Of a DNA stretch of 64,000 nt, positions 6,317 through 15,420 are shown one piece after another. The notes below the pieces were generated by a model. It was not told the origin of the DNA, did no database searches, and was given only the letters and a program-made list of their open reading frames with translations. The position numbers and the translations under genes were made by a program. Position 1 is the stretch's first letter; the number at the start of each line of letters is the position of its first letter. Location: NCBI GenBank assembly GCA_947455725.1, contig CANGPL010000007.1:6847-70846 (forward strand), written 5' to 3'. The stretch is from Hyphomicrobiales bacterium. Lineage in GTDB: Bacteria > Pseudomonadota > Alphaproteobacteria > Rhizobiales > Beijerinckiaceae.

Positions 6317-8458
6317 ATGCGTAGTGGAGTGAGTGGCGTGCGTCTTGTAAAGTTATGTGCTGTCTCGGCTTTTTTAGCACTTGCCACCCTGGCATTACTA
6401 GTATGGAGCAACGAGGCCCGAGCATCAGTTGCCTGCACATCCTATGGTAATGGGTCTCTCATGTTCGATTTCGTCGCACAAAAATGCGTCGAAAGTCCGG
6501 TTTGGCAACCCGGAACCGAAGATTACGGACAAGACAACAATCTTTCCCCCACAGTCTATGTCAGAGCGGCTCGGGATGCGTATTTAAAAGCAGAAAACGA
6601 GTATTTGCTCGCCAAAGGCGCGGCTTCTGTGGGGAGCGGCGACCCGGTAAGCGACGTCGCGCGTCAAGATGCATTGGCAAAAGCCCTGAATGAACTGCAA
6701 TTAGCCGGCAACACGCTGATGAACCTCGACAAATTGAGTCGGAATAATCAATACGGAACCTACCCTTCGGGCGGTGCTCCCGTTACCTATAAAGGCGATT
6801 TTCCGGGCGCGGCCTACGTCAAGGCATTTCCCAATGGCGCACTCATTAAAACCCTCTCTTTTGTCACCGTTAACGGCCATACCTCTGCACCAACGGCAGG
6901 TTCTACGAACCCTGATGGAACCTTGATCCCCGATCTAACGGGGCAATTGGGTTGGGGTTACATGAACACGGCTACCGTGGCTTCGATTGTCAATGAATTT
7001 AACGCCGCCTATTCGGATTGCTATTCAGCAAATCCGGTTCACACCGAAGACCAATGCACAGCCGGACGCATGGCGCGCGATATCCGCCTCGTAAATGTTT
7101 ATCGTGGAATGCTTTACGGGAACGCAATCGCAAGCACCCAACGGATGCCCTATGGCGTTCATATGAAAATTCTCAGCTTCGATTCGACCGACACGTTCTC
7201 GATCCTGTTTTCCGGTGGTCCCGTTCAAACAACAACGTCCCAAATCTCAGGCACATTACGCAATCAAGCGTCAATCTTGGCAGGCACCGGCCCGGCAACT
7301 AGCCGGGCCCATGAAAGGCTAGGCGGACAAACAGGCGGAAGCAGCGTCGCAAGCCTTTTTGCCGGTGATCGACCAGCTGCGTCGATCGGCTCCGGTCTTC
7401 AGCAGGGGTCAAGTTCATCTGCAGGTAACACACCGAATTACGAAGCACTTGCAGGCACAAATTCGCTCCAATCGCCCATCGAGCGCTCGCTCGGATTTGC
7501 ATTCCCCGCCGCCCTGCGAAACGGGAATGGTAAGATTGATTTCTCGACGTCGCTCAATTCGTCGAACGGATCGTTACAGTCCCGTGACAACCTGCTCGAA
7601 AACCATGATAGCCCGAGCCAGCGACACTCCGTTTTTGGTATTTCGGAAGCTGATAAGGGCGTGGCAGATATATCACCAGAAGGGCGTTTCAATATCTGGA
7701 CGGAGGGACGGACCGTCAATTTTAGCCGCTCGACCATTGATGGCAAAACAAGGGGAACAACGGATCTGATTTCAACAGGCGCGGATTATGTGATTAGCCC
7801 GAACCTTCTTGTTGGCGCGATGAGCCAATTCGATTGGAATTCAGACTCCAATTCGGATATTTTGCAATCTCATTCCGGGCAAGGTTGGATGGCGGGGCCC
7901 TATGTTTCAACCCGGATTTGGCAGGATTTATTTTTCGACGGGCGCGCCGCGTGGGGAAAGTCTGCGAACAAGATCTCCCCCTTTGGACTGTATGAAGACA
8001 GTTTTGATACGCAACGCACGCTGATCGATGGGAAGGTTTCCGGAGAATTTTACGCAAACACGCTTTCTATCCGTCCTTCGATTGGGTTGACCTATTATTC
8101 AGAAACCCAGAATGCCTATACGGACTCAAACGGACTCGCGATTGACGCCTCAACCAACCAGCTCGGTCGTTTGACGTTCGGATCAGAATTCAGCCGTTCC
8201 TTTGATATGGGCAACAAATCTGCCATTGAATTGATGGCAGGCGCAAAGGGAATATGGGATTTTTACCGCAGTGACATCTATGAAGCGGACGAAACCATCG
8301 TCTCATCGCCCAATCTGAAGGCACAACTGGAACTAGGCGCTGCCTATCGCCTCTCTAATGGCATGCGGGTGCGTGTCGCAGGTGATTTTGACCGCATCGG
8401 CTCGTCAAGCGATCAATCCTGGCAAGGACGCCTCGCTTTCGAAATGCCGTTCAAATAA
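6317..8458 (+). CDS. Autotransporter outer-membrane protein (signal peptide, ~400-aa passenger of unknown fold, C-terminal beta-barrel translocator)
   Basis: N-terminal signal peptide ...LALLVWSNEARA. The C-terminal ~270 aa have alternating-hydrophobic beta-barrel character typical of the autotransporter beta-domain. The true start may be GTG 6338, preceded by GGAG. Confidence 0.85.
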   Translation: MRSGVSGVRLVKLCAVSAFLALATLALLVWSNEARASVACTSYGNGSLMFDFVAQKCVESPVWQPGTEDYGQDNNLSPTVYVRAARDAYLKAENEYLLAKGAASVGSGDPVSDVARQDALAKALNELQLAGNTLMNLDKLSRNNQYGTYPSGGAPVTYKGDFPGAAYVKAFPNGALIKTLSFVTVNGHTSAPTAGSTNPDGTLIPDLTGQLGWGYMNTATVASIVNEFNAAYSDCYSANPVHTEDQCTAGRMARDIRLVNVYRGMLYGNAIASTQRMPYGVHMKILSFDSTDTFSILFSGGPVQTTTSQISGTLRNQASILAGTGPATSRAHERLGGQTGGSSVASLFAGDRPAASIGSGLQQGSSSSAGNTPNYEALAGTNSLQSPIERSLGFAFPAALRNGNGKIDFSTSLNSSNGSLQSRDNLLENHDSPSQRHSVFGISEADKGVADISPEGRFNIWTEGRTVNFSRSTIDGKTRGTTDLISTGADYVISPNLLVGAMSQFDWNSDSNSDILQSHSGQGWMAGPYVSTRIWQDLFFDGRAAWGKSANKISPFGLYEDSFDTQRTLIDGKVSGEFYANTLSIRPSIGLTYYSETQNAYTDSNGLAIDASTNQLGRLTFGSEFSRSFDMGNKSAIELMAGAKGIWDFYRSDIYEADETIVSSPNLKAQLELGAAYRLSNGMRVRVAGDFDRIGSSSDQSWQGRLAFEMPFK

Positions 8459-8622
8459 AGCGAGGTTAGCACCGACAGATTGCGAAAACCATTTGGACGC
8501 TTAGGCTTCATCGCAAATATTGTTCTGGCTTTGAACGGCATCTGGACCGAACATCGCGTGGCGACGATCTCTTTGTAGAAATAACCTCAATTGGAGCTCG
8601 TTTGGCGTCTGGTAGAAGCGCT

Positions 8623-10164
8623 TCACTCCCGCCCGGCCCATCCTTGATAGGCAACCAACATCGAGTCCGTCTTAAGATCGCTGGCGCGCAATGGCCTTGC
8701 AAAGGAAAGCCCGGCCATGCTGCGGACGCGCGAGAGCGCCACATAGGTTTGGCCCGGTGCGAAGGCGCCGTTGACGAGATCGATGCGCACATCGTCAAGC
8801 GTCAGGCCTTGGGCTTTATGGATGGTAATCGCCCAGGCATGGGCAAGCGGGACCTGTTTGAAGGAACCCACCACTTGGCTTGAAATGGTTTGGCTGCCTT
8901 CGTCCCAGATCTGCTTGATCTGGTCCCAATTGACGGGGGCTACGACGTGCTCAAGCCCCGTCGCGTCAAAGCGGACGGAGACTTCATTGTCCTCAACGCG
9001 GCTGACAGTGCCGAGCGAGCCATTGATCCAGCGGCGCTCGGGATCATTGCGGGTGGCCATGACGCGGGTGCCGATTTTGAGTTCGAGGTGTTCGGGCGCT
9101 GGTAAACGATCGCCCGCGAGATCGAATTTTCCGGCGGTGCTTGCGCCATAGATCGAGGTTTCACCCGCAATCGCTTGCAGGCCTTCTTGGTTGTAGCGAT
9201 CAGCGGCGGCGCGCGTGGCAGTTAGCAAAAGCGGCGTGATGCGGGCGCGATGGGGGCGATAGCATTGCGCGTTCAACGTCTCGACCGCGTGTTCGACATC
9301 TTCGCCAAGCCGGATGGCATTCAGCAAATCGACAAATTCGCGCTCGTCCTGACGATGGACTTCTTCGAGCGTGATTTTGACGGGCTCAGTATGTTTAAGG
9401 ATATGCGCGCTAAACGCATAGGGCGTGACGTAACCGAGCTGTTCGAGGAGCGGCCCGTCTTGCTGCTGCACGACCGGCGGCAATTGCAGAAAATCGCCGA
9501 CCATCACCACTTGCACGCCACCGAAAGGGCGCTGGTCGTTGCGGATTTCTTTAAGCCGCGTGTCGATGGCATCGATCACATCGGCGCGGACCATCGAGAT
9601 TTCATCGATCACCAATCGCGTCATGCGCTGGTAGATCGGTCCGAAATGCTTGCCGGGCAGCATGTTGCGGGCATCGAGCACGCCGAAGGGCAGTTGGAAA
9701 AACGAGTGGATCGTTTGTGCTTCGGCGTTCAGCGCGGCAACGCCCGTAGGGGCGACAACGATTTGGGTTTCGCCACCCGGGCGGGCTTTGAGATATTTGA
9801 TCAGCGTGGTTTTGCCGGTGCCCGCGCGGCCTGTGACCAGAATGACGGGGACTTTCGCATCAATCGCGGCGAGCACTTCGGCAACGCCTTGGCTTTGCTC
9901 GTAAGCGGGATCGGCTTGAAAAATCGCGCGCCGCTGCAGCATGGCGCTGCTTGCGCCTCGGGATGCACCCCCAAAGCGACGCGTGGCGCGGCTTGAAAGG
10001 GACGCGCTATCGCCTGCATCTTCAAACGCATCAAGCGCCGAGAGAAGCTGATCGGCCTCGCGGCGCTTGGCAGAATTGCTACCGCGTTTGGCCTTTTCGC
10101 AGTTACGCCTAAGCTGCACCCGCTCAATGGCCGACATGAAGGGAATCTTGTCGATCAGGCTCAT
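8623..10164 (-). CDS. Pif1/RecD-family ATP-dependent DNA helicase
   Basis: Walker A VTGRAGTGKTT, Walker B LVIDEISMV, GDFLQLPPV, and C-terminal ITIHKAQGLT. Confidence 0.85.
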   Translation of the reverse strand: MSLIDKIPFMSAIERVQLRRNCEKAKRGSNSAKRREADQLLSALDAFEDAGDSASLSSRATRRFGGASRGASSAMLQRRAIFQADPAYEQSQGVAEVLAAIDAKVPVILVTGRAGTGKTTLIKYLKARPGGETQIVVAPTGVAALNAEAQTIHSFFQLPFGVLDARNMLPGKHFGPIYQRMTRLVIDEISMVRADVIDAIDTRLKEIRNDQRPFGGVQVVMVGDFLQLPPVVQQQDGPLLEQLGYVTPYAFSAHILKHTEPVKITLEEVHRQDEREFVDLLNAIRLGEDVEHAVETLNAQCYRPHRARITPLLLTATRAAADRYNQEGLQAIAGETSIYGASTAGKFDLAGDRLPAPEHLELKIGTRVMATRNDPERRWINGSLGTVSRVEDNEVSVRFDATGLEHVVAPVNWDQIKQIWDEGSQTISSQVVGSFKQVPLAHAWAITIHKAQGLTLDDVRIDLVNGAFAPGQTYVALSRVRSMAGLSFARPLRASDLKTDSMLVAYQGWAGRE

Positions 10165-10236
10165 TATTGGGCGGCTTTCTGTGGCGGGTAAGGAACAGGC
10201 TTTCGATTAGCTGAATCGAACCACCGCGTCACGCCC

Positions 10237-10764
10237 TCACTTTTGCCATTTCCGTTCCCACGCAAGGACAAGCGCTTTGGCGCGGTCGACATCCGCTTGC
10301 GGCATGATGGTGAGAAGCTTATCGCGCGTTTTAACCGCCTTGTCGCGCCGCTCGGTTTCCCATGGCGAAAGCCTGAAATTCGCAAGGCTCAACCAGCGAT
10401 AGGCCTCCACATAATCGGGATCGAGACCAATACCGTTCGCATACATCATGCCTAGGGCATATTGGGCGTCGGACGAGCCATTATTGGCGGCTTTTTTGTA
10501 CCAGACGGCCGAGCGCACCTCGTCTTTTTTTACGCCACGACCAAAGCGATACATTTCACCCATGTAAAATTGCGCTGCCGCCTCACCATCATCCGCCAAA
10601 GGCCGCATGTTGCTCAAGGCCTTGGCGTAATCGCCTTGCGCGTAGGCGGCTGAGCCTTTTTCAACGGTAACAAAAAAGGTCGGCGTTATGAGAAGGGCGG
10701 CAAAGACAACACACATCGCCACGAAACCGGCTAGCGTTGCCCATATCGCGGTCGTCCGATTCAT
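10237..10764 (-). CDS. Membrane-anchored Sel1-like repeat (SLR/TPR) protein
   Basis: N-terminal TM segment, then Sel1 motifs (AAQFYMGEMYRFGRGVKKD, AQYALGMMYANGIG). Confidence 0.8.
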   Translation of the reverse strand: MNRTTAIWATLAGFVAMCVVFAALLITPTFFVTVEKGSAAYAQGDYAKALSNMRPLADDGEAAAQFYMGEMYRFGRGVKKDEVRSAVWYKKAANNGSSDAQYALGMMYANGIGLDPDYVEAYRWLSLANFRLSPWETERRDKAVKTRDKLLTIMPQADVDRAKALVLAWERKWQK

Positions 10765-10893
10765 CTGCCACCTTTCACGCTACACAACTCAACTTATTCA
10801 ATTTACGCGAATTCGCTGCATTACGCCATGGTGTCGCTCACCGTGCGGCTTTCGCGTGTCACAAATCTGTCATAGATTGACTTATGACAATGG

Positions 10894-11787
10894 TTGCTTG
10901 GTGATATCTGCCAATGCCAGCCTCGCGAGGTGAAGGGGGCGCGCTTGGCATTTTCCGTCTTTGTTACAGTGCTTTTTGCAGCCATGCTGCATGCCGGCTG
11001 GAACACACTTGTGAAAGCGGGCAGCGATAAGCTTTTATCAACGACGCTTGTGGCCGCAGGCGGCGGTGTGATCGCCCTGCCCCTTTTACCTTTTGCGCCG
11101 TTACCGGCGATAGAAGCCGTGCCCTATCTGATCGCATCAGCCATTATTCATGTCGGCTATTTCACGCTGATCGGGCTTTTGTACCGAACGGCGGATTTAT
11201 CGGTCGCCTATCCAGTACAGCGCGGCTCGGCACCCCTTTTGGCGACTTTTTTAGCCGCCGTTTTCTTGCGCGAATTGCCGAGCGGTTTGGCGCTAACAGG
11301 CGCTTTTTCCTTGAGTTTCGGAATTTTATGGCTCGCGACCGATGGCGTTCGAAAAGGTGGCTTGGATCGAGCAACATTGATGATCGCGCTGGCGAATGCC
11401 TGTGTGATTGCGCTTTACACGATTGTAGACGGTACGGGCGGAAGGCTCTCGGGGCATTCGGTAAGCTATAATATCTGGCTGGAATTTTTGGACGGCGTGC
11501 TTTTTGTGCCCGCCGCCCTCTTCGTGCGTGGCAAGCCGCTGGCCCATGCGCTGCTGCGCGGTTGGAAAATCGCGCTCTTAGGAGGCGGGGCGGCTTTTGC
11601 GTCCTATGGAATCGCGATTTGGGCAATGACCGAAGCGCCGATTGGGCTCGTCGCGGCGGTGCGAGAATCCTCGGTCTTTTTTGCGACCGTTTTCGGAGCG
11701 TTGTTTCTAGGCGAAAAATTTGGCCGGTCGCGCTATGTCGCCGCGATCTTTGTGGCCGCAGGCCTTGCCGCGCTGCGGTTTGGGTAA
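10894..11787 (+). CDS. EamA/DMT-family transporter
   Basis: About 10 TM hydrophobic protein with the duplicated EamA-like pattern. Start uncertain. Confidence 0.75.
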   Translation: MLGDICQCQPREVKGARLAFSVFVTVLFAAMLHAGWNTLVKAGSDKLLSTTLVAAGGGVIALPLLPFAPLPAIEAVPYLIASAIIHVGYFTLIGLLYRTADLSVAYPVQRGSAPLLATFLAAVFLRELPSGLALTGAFSLSFGILWLATDGVRKGGLDRATLMIALANACVIALYTIVDGTGGRLSGHSVSYNIWLEFLDGVLFVPAALFVRGKPLAHALLRGWKIALLGGGAAFASYGIAIWAMTEAPIGLVAAVRESSVFFATVFGALFLGEKFGRSRYVAAIFVAAGLAALRFG

Positions 11788-11817
11788 CCAAACCATTGCG
11801 TCCATTGTGTTCGATGA

Positions 11818-11843
11818 AATTACGCTTTACGGAAAGCGTAATT
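11818..11843. promoter_or_regulatory. Perfect 11-bp inverted repeat (AATTACGCTTT-acgg-AAAGCGTAATT) followed by TTT, either the higBA operator or the EamA-gene terminator
   Basis: Read directly. It lies 31 nt after the EamA stop and 20 nt before the higB start. Confidence 0.4.
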
Positions 11844-11862
11844 TTTGCTATGAAATAGGCCT

Positions 11863-12147
11863 ATGATCGTAAGCTATCGCGATAAACGAACAGAGCGGTT
11901 TGCATCGGGCGAACCGATCAAGGCATTTTCAGGTTTTGCTCGGCAAGCTGAGCTACGACTTGATCGATTGGAAGCGGCAACAAGCCTTGCTGATTTGGCA
12001 GCATTACCGGGAAATAGGCTTGAGGGTTTGAAGGGCGACCGCGCCGGACAATTTTCGATCCGCATCAACGATCAGTGGCGAATTTGTTTTTCTTGGCCGG
12101 ACGGATCACCTGGCCCGATCAATGTCGAAATTGTTGATTATCACTAA
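11863..12147 (+). CDS. higB: HigB-type toxin (plasmid maintenance system killer, RelE/ParE superfamily)
   Basis: Family-typical sequence (FSIRINDQWRICFSW...VEIVDYH). Toxin-first order with a downstream HTH antitoxin. Confidence 0.85.
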   Translation: MIVSYRDKRTERFASGEPIKAFSGFARQAELRLDRLEAATSLADLAALPGNRLEGLKGDRAGQFSIRINDQWRICFSWPDGSPGPINVEIVDYH

Positions 12148-12160
12148 AGGAGTTCAGTCC

Positions 12161-12466
12161 ATGCCACGTAAACCAATCCACCCCGGTGAGCACCTTGCAG
12201 AAGAACTGCGTGAGTTAGGGATGTCGGCCGCAGAACTATCGCGGCAGCTTGATGTGCCAGTTAACCGGATCACCGGCATCATTAACGGGCAACGCGGAAT
12301 TACAGCCGATACGGCGCTTCGACTCGGGCACTGGTTTGGAACGAGTCCGCAATTTTGGCTTAACCTGCAACAACTCTATGAGCTTCGCCGTGCTGAAGCG
12401 GAACTCGGCGAAAATATCGCTAAATTGCCGCGGAGGGCAGGCCTAGCGGCGGCTAGTGCGGCATAG
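12161..12466 (+). CDS. higA: HigA-type antitoxin (XRE HTH)
   Basis: IHPGEHLAEELRELGMSAAELSRQLDVPVNRITGIINGQRGITADTALRL. AAGGAG lies upstream of ATG 12161. Confidence 0.85.
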   Translation: MPRKPIHPGEHLAEELRELGMSAAELSRQLDVPVNRITGIINGQRGITADTALRLGHWFGTSPQFWLNLQQLYELRRAEAELGENIAKLPRRAGLAAASAA

Positions 12467-12496
12467 CGGTTTACTCAATAGAGCATTTCAGAGTTT

Positions 12497-13528
12497 TCAC
12501 CCCGTCCACATCACCTGATCAATATGCGGCGCATGAGTGGCGAGCATGACGAGCCGGTCGAAGCCGAGGGCTATGCCGGAAGTTGGCGGCATGAGGGGCA
12601 AAGCCTGTAGCAAATCCTCGTCAATCGGGTAGCGCTCGCCATAAATCCGCTCTTTGGTATCCATATCGGCTTCAAAACGCCGTCTTTGCTCAGCGGCATC
12701 GGTTAATTCACCAAAGGCATTGGCGAGTTCGACGCCACAGGCAAAGAGCTCGAACCGTTCGGCGACGCGGGGATCGGACGGTTTGGGCCGTGCAAGGGCC
12801 GCTTCCGAGATCGGGTATTCGCACAAAATCGTGGCTCGTCCGATGCCAAGATGGGGGTCGATTTTCTCGATCATCACGCGGCTGAAAATATCAGCCCAGC
12901 CATCATCTTCGGCGATGCGGATGCCGGATTTTTGCGCTGATTCGGCCAAGATCATGCGATTTGATACGCCATTTGGTGTGGATGCCATCAAATCAATATC
13001 CGCATAGCGGGCAAAGGCCTCGGACACGGTGAGCCGTTCGGGTGGCAAAAAAGGATCCGCCGTTACCCCGCGATAAGAAAGCATCGAGCTTCCGGCGGCG
13101 CGCGCGGCTTCTGCGAGCAAAACGGCGCAGTCTTCCATCAATTTTTCGTAAGGTGCACCGACGCGGTACCATTCAAGCATGGTGAATTCGGTTGCATGGA
13201 GCGCGCCGCGCTCGCGGTTGCGGAAGACACGGGCGAAGTCGAAAATCTTTGTTTCACCGGCAGCCAGCAGCTTTTTGGCGGCAAATTCGGGGGAAGTGTG
13301 CAAATAATGCGTCTCAACCAAACCGTCCGGCCGCATCACTTCCGTGGAGAGCGCATGAAGATGGGTTTCATTGCCGGGCGAGCGCTGCAATTGCCCGCAT
13401 TCGACCTCTAAAAACCCATCAGCCTCAAAAAAACGGCGAAACGCGGCTTTTATTTTGCCACGCGCCAGAAGGGTCGGGCGTCGATCGGCGTGGTTATCGG
13501 GTAACCACCATTTGAAACTGTCATTCAT
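12497..13528 (-). CDS. epmA: EF-P--(R)-beta-lysine ligase (GenX/PoxA, truncated class II LysRS paralog)
   Basis: Class II aaRS motifs (YLHTSPEF, FRNRERGALHATEFTMLEWY). Divergent from efp. Confidence 0.85.
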   Translation of the reverse strand: MNDSFKWWLPDNHADRRPTLLARGKIKAAFRRFFEADGFLEVECGQLQRSPGNETHLHALSTEVMRPDGLVETHYLHTSPEFAAKKLLAAGETKIFDFARVFRNRERGALHATEFTMLEWYRVGAPYEKLMEDCAVLLAEAARAAGSSMLSYRGVTADPFLPPERLTVSEAFARYADIDLMASTPNGVSNRMILAESAQKSGIRIAEDDGWADIFSRVMIEKIDPHLGIGRATILCEYPISEAALARPKPSDPRVAERFELFACGVELANAFGELTDAAEQRRRFEADMDTKERIYGERYPIDEDLLQALPLMPPTSGIALGFDRLVMLATHAPHIDQVMWTG

Positions 13529-13622
13529 CAGGGTCTAGCGTCTTTGCCGCAAGTGTGAGAAAAGCGCCGCAGTTTATGCAATAGGACGCTGCGTCGTCCG
13601 GTCCAACGTCAGGAATTGATCC

Positions 13623-14189
13623 GTGCAAGTCATCGCCAGTTCGCTTCGTAAAGGCAATATCGTTGAGAAAGACAACCAACTTTATGTCATTTTGAGCGCC
13701 GAAAACATCCATCCCGGCAAGGGAACGCCCGTTACCCAGCTCGCCATGCGTCGCATCAGCGACGGCGTGAAAATCGCCGAGCGTTACCGGACGACCGAAT
13801 CGGTCGAGCGCGCTTTCGTGGAAGATCGGGATTTTAATTATCTTTACGAAGACGCCGATGGCTTCAATTTCATGAACAATGAAACCTTCGAGCAGCTCTC
13901 GGTGCCGAAAGATGTGGTGGGTGACCAATCCGTCTATCTTCAGGAAAACATGAAATGCGTGCTCTCCACCTATGAAGGCCGCTGCGTGTCAATCATCCTG
14001 CCGCCCCGCGTAACGCTAGAGATCGTGGAAACCGAACCGACCGTTAAAGGCCAGACGGCTTCGTCTTCCTATAAGCCTGCTATTTTGTCGAATGGCGCAC
14101 GCACCATGGTGCCGCCGCACATTGCAACCGGCACGCGCGTCGTCATCCAAACGGAAGACGGCTCCTATGTCGAGCGCGCCAAGGACTAA
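13623..14189 (+). CDS. efp: Elongation factor P
   Basis: 188 aa with the conserved loop HPGKG and typical EF-P sequence throughout. Confidence 0.95.
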   Translation: MQVIASSLRKGNIVEKDNQLYVILSAENIHPGKGTPVTQLAMRRISDGVKIAERYRTTESVERAFVEDRDFNYLYEDADGFNFMNNETFEQLSVPKDVVGDQSVYLQENMKCVLSTYEGRCVSIILPPRVTLEIVETEPTVKGQTASSSYKPAILSNGARTMVPPHIATGTRVVIQTEDGSYVERAKD

Positions 14190-14210
14190 TAAACTAAGGG
14201 ATATTCTTCT

Positions 14211-14501
14211 ATGCGCGCTGTTCTCGACATCGTTTTGATTGCGCTAAACCTCTATTCATGGTCGGTCATCGGATCGGCCGTGTTGAGCTGGCTCATCGCG
14301 TTTAATGTCGTGAATATGCGCAATGATGTGGTGCGTTCGGTGGCGATGGGCTTGTACCAGATCACCGAACCGGCCCTGCGCCCCATTAGACGGTTGCTGC
14401 CTAATCTCGGCACGATGGATATTTCGCCGATCATCCTCTTACTCCTGATCATGCTCGCAGAACGCGTGATCCAGATGTATATTTATCCCTACGTTTTCTG
14501 A
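14211..14501 (+). CDS. YggT-family membrane protein
   Basis: 96-aa 2-TM protein with a YggT-like sequence, upstream of the DUF167 gene as in many bacteria. Confidence 0.8.
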   Translation: MRAVLDIVLIALNLYSWSVIGSAVLSWLIAFNVVNMRNDVVRSVAMGLYQITEPALRPIRRLLPNLGTMDISPIILLLLIMLAERVIQMYIYPYVF

Positions 14502-14818
14502 TGTCGGATAGGCCGTGGACGGTTACCGTTGACGGCCTGTTGCTCTCGGTTCGTTTGACGCCCAAAGGCGGGCGCGATGCGATTGACGGTATCGAAACGC
14601 TCGCAGATGGCCGCGCGATACTCAAAGCCAGAGTTAGGGCCGTGCCGGAAGAAGGCGAAGCTAATGCGGCTTTGGTTAAGTTGATCGCAAAAGCCGTTAA
14701 TGTATCGGCGTCACGTGTCGCGGTTCAATCCGGCCATACGGCACGGTTGAAGATCCTCAAGATTGAGGGCGAAGGCGCGGCGCTTGCGGCAGCAATTGCA
14801 GGTCTTTCTTCGCAGTGA
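14501..14818 (+). CDS. DUF167 (YggU-like) protein
   Basis: LSVRLTPKGGRDAIDG...LKARVRAVPEEGEAN pattern. Confidence 0.8.
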   Translation: MSDRPWTVTVDGLLLSVRLTPKGGRDAIDGIETLADGRAILKARVRAVPEEGEANAALVKLIAKAVNVSASRVAVQSGHTARLKILKIEGEGAALAAAIAGLSSQ

Positions 14819-14861
14819 TAAATTAGCATTCCTTCGATTACGAAGATCTCGGAGAGAGAGC

Positions 14862-15122
14862 ATGGCATCCGGCCTTATGATTGGTGAGCATTTCGAAACC
14901 TTTATCGAGACTCTCGTTTCAAGCGGTCGGTATTCTTCCGCGGAAGAAGTGTTGCGCGATAGCCTGCGGCTCTTGGAAGAGCGAGAAAAAGCTTATGAAT
15001 CGAAGCTTGCCGCCTTGCGTTTAGATATCGCGGAGGGGCTCAATAGCGGGCCAAGTGAGGCCTTGGATATGTCGGAAATAAAGGCTGCAGCGCGTTCTTT
15101 ACACGCCCTCAATGCCAAATAA
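14862..15122 (+). CDS. parD: ParD-type (CC2985-like, ribbon-helix-helix) antitoxin
   Basis: SGRYSSAEEVLRDSLRLLEERE motif. The start was moved to ATG 14862, and the gene overlaps parE by 11 nt. Confidence 0.8.
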   Translation: MASGLMIGEHFETFIETLVSSGRYSSAEEVLRDSLRLLEEREKAYESKLAALRLDIAEGLNSGPSEALDMSEIKAAARSLHALNAK

Positions 15123-15420
15123 GATCCTAAGGAGCCCCCGCGCTCGTCTCGATTTGATCGAAATTTGGAGCTATATCGCTCAGGACGATCCTGATGCTGC
15201 AGACGGGATGTTAGATCGCTTTGATGACGTCATGAGCAAACTTGCGGCACGACCGCTCATTGGACGCAAACGACCCGAATTGGCGGAAAATCTACGAAGT
15301 TTTCCATTAGGAAACTATATCATTTTTTATGTACCAAGCGATGACGGTGTTGAAATCATTAGAGTGTTGAGCAGTTATCGCGACATTGACCCACAGACTG
15401 TAACCGTTAGCCCATCATGA
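15112..15420 (+). CDS. parE: ParE/RelE-superfamily toxin
   Basis: ARLDLIEIWSYIAQDDPDAA...IIFYVPSDDGVEIIRVL pattern. Confidence 0.85.
   Translation: MPNKILRSPRARLDLIEIWSYIAQDDPDAADGMLDRFDDVMSKLAARPLIGRKRPELAENLRSFPLGNYIIFYVPSDDGVEIIRVLSSYRDIDPQTVTVSPS

Noticed and set aside
9250-9996. A 248-aa ORF antisense to the Pif1-like helicase gene
   Set aside because: A shadow ORF with no motifs. The helicase frame carries Walker A/B and the UvrD_C-like motifs.
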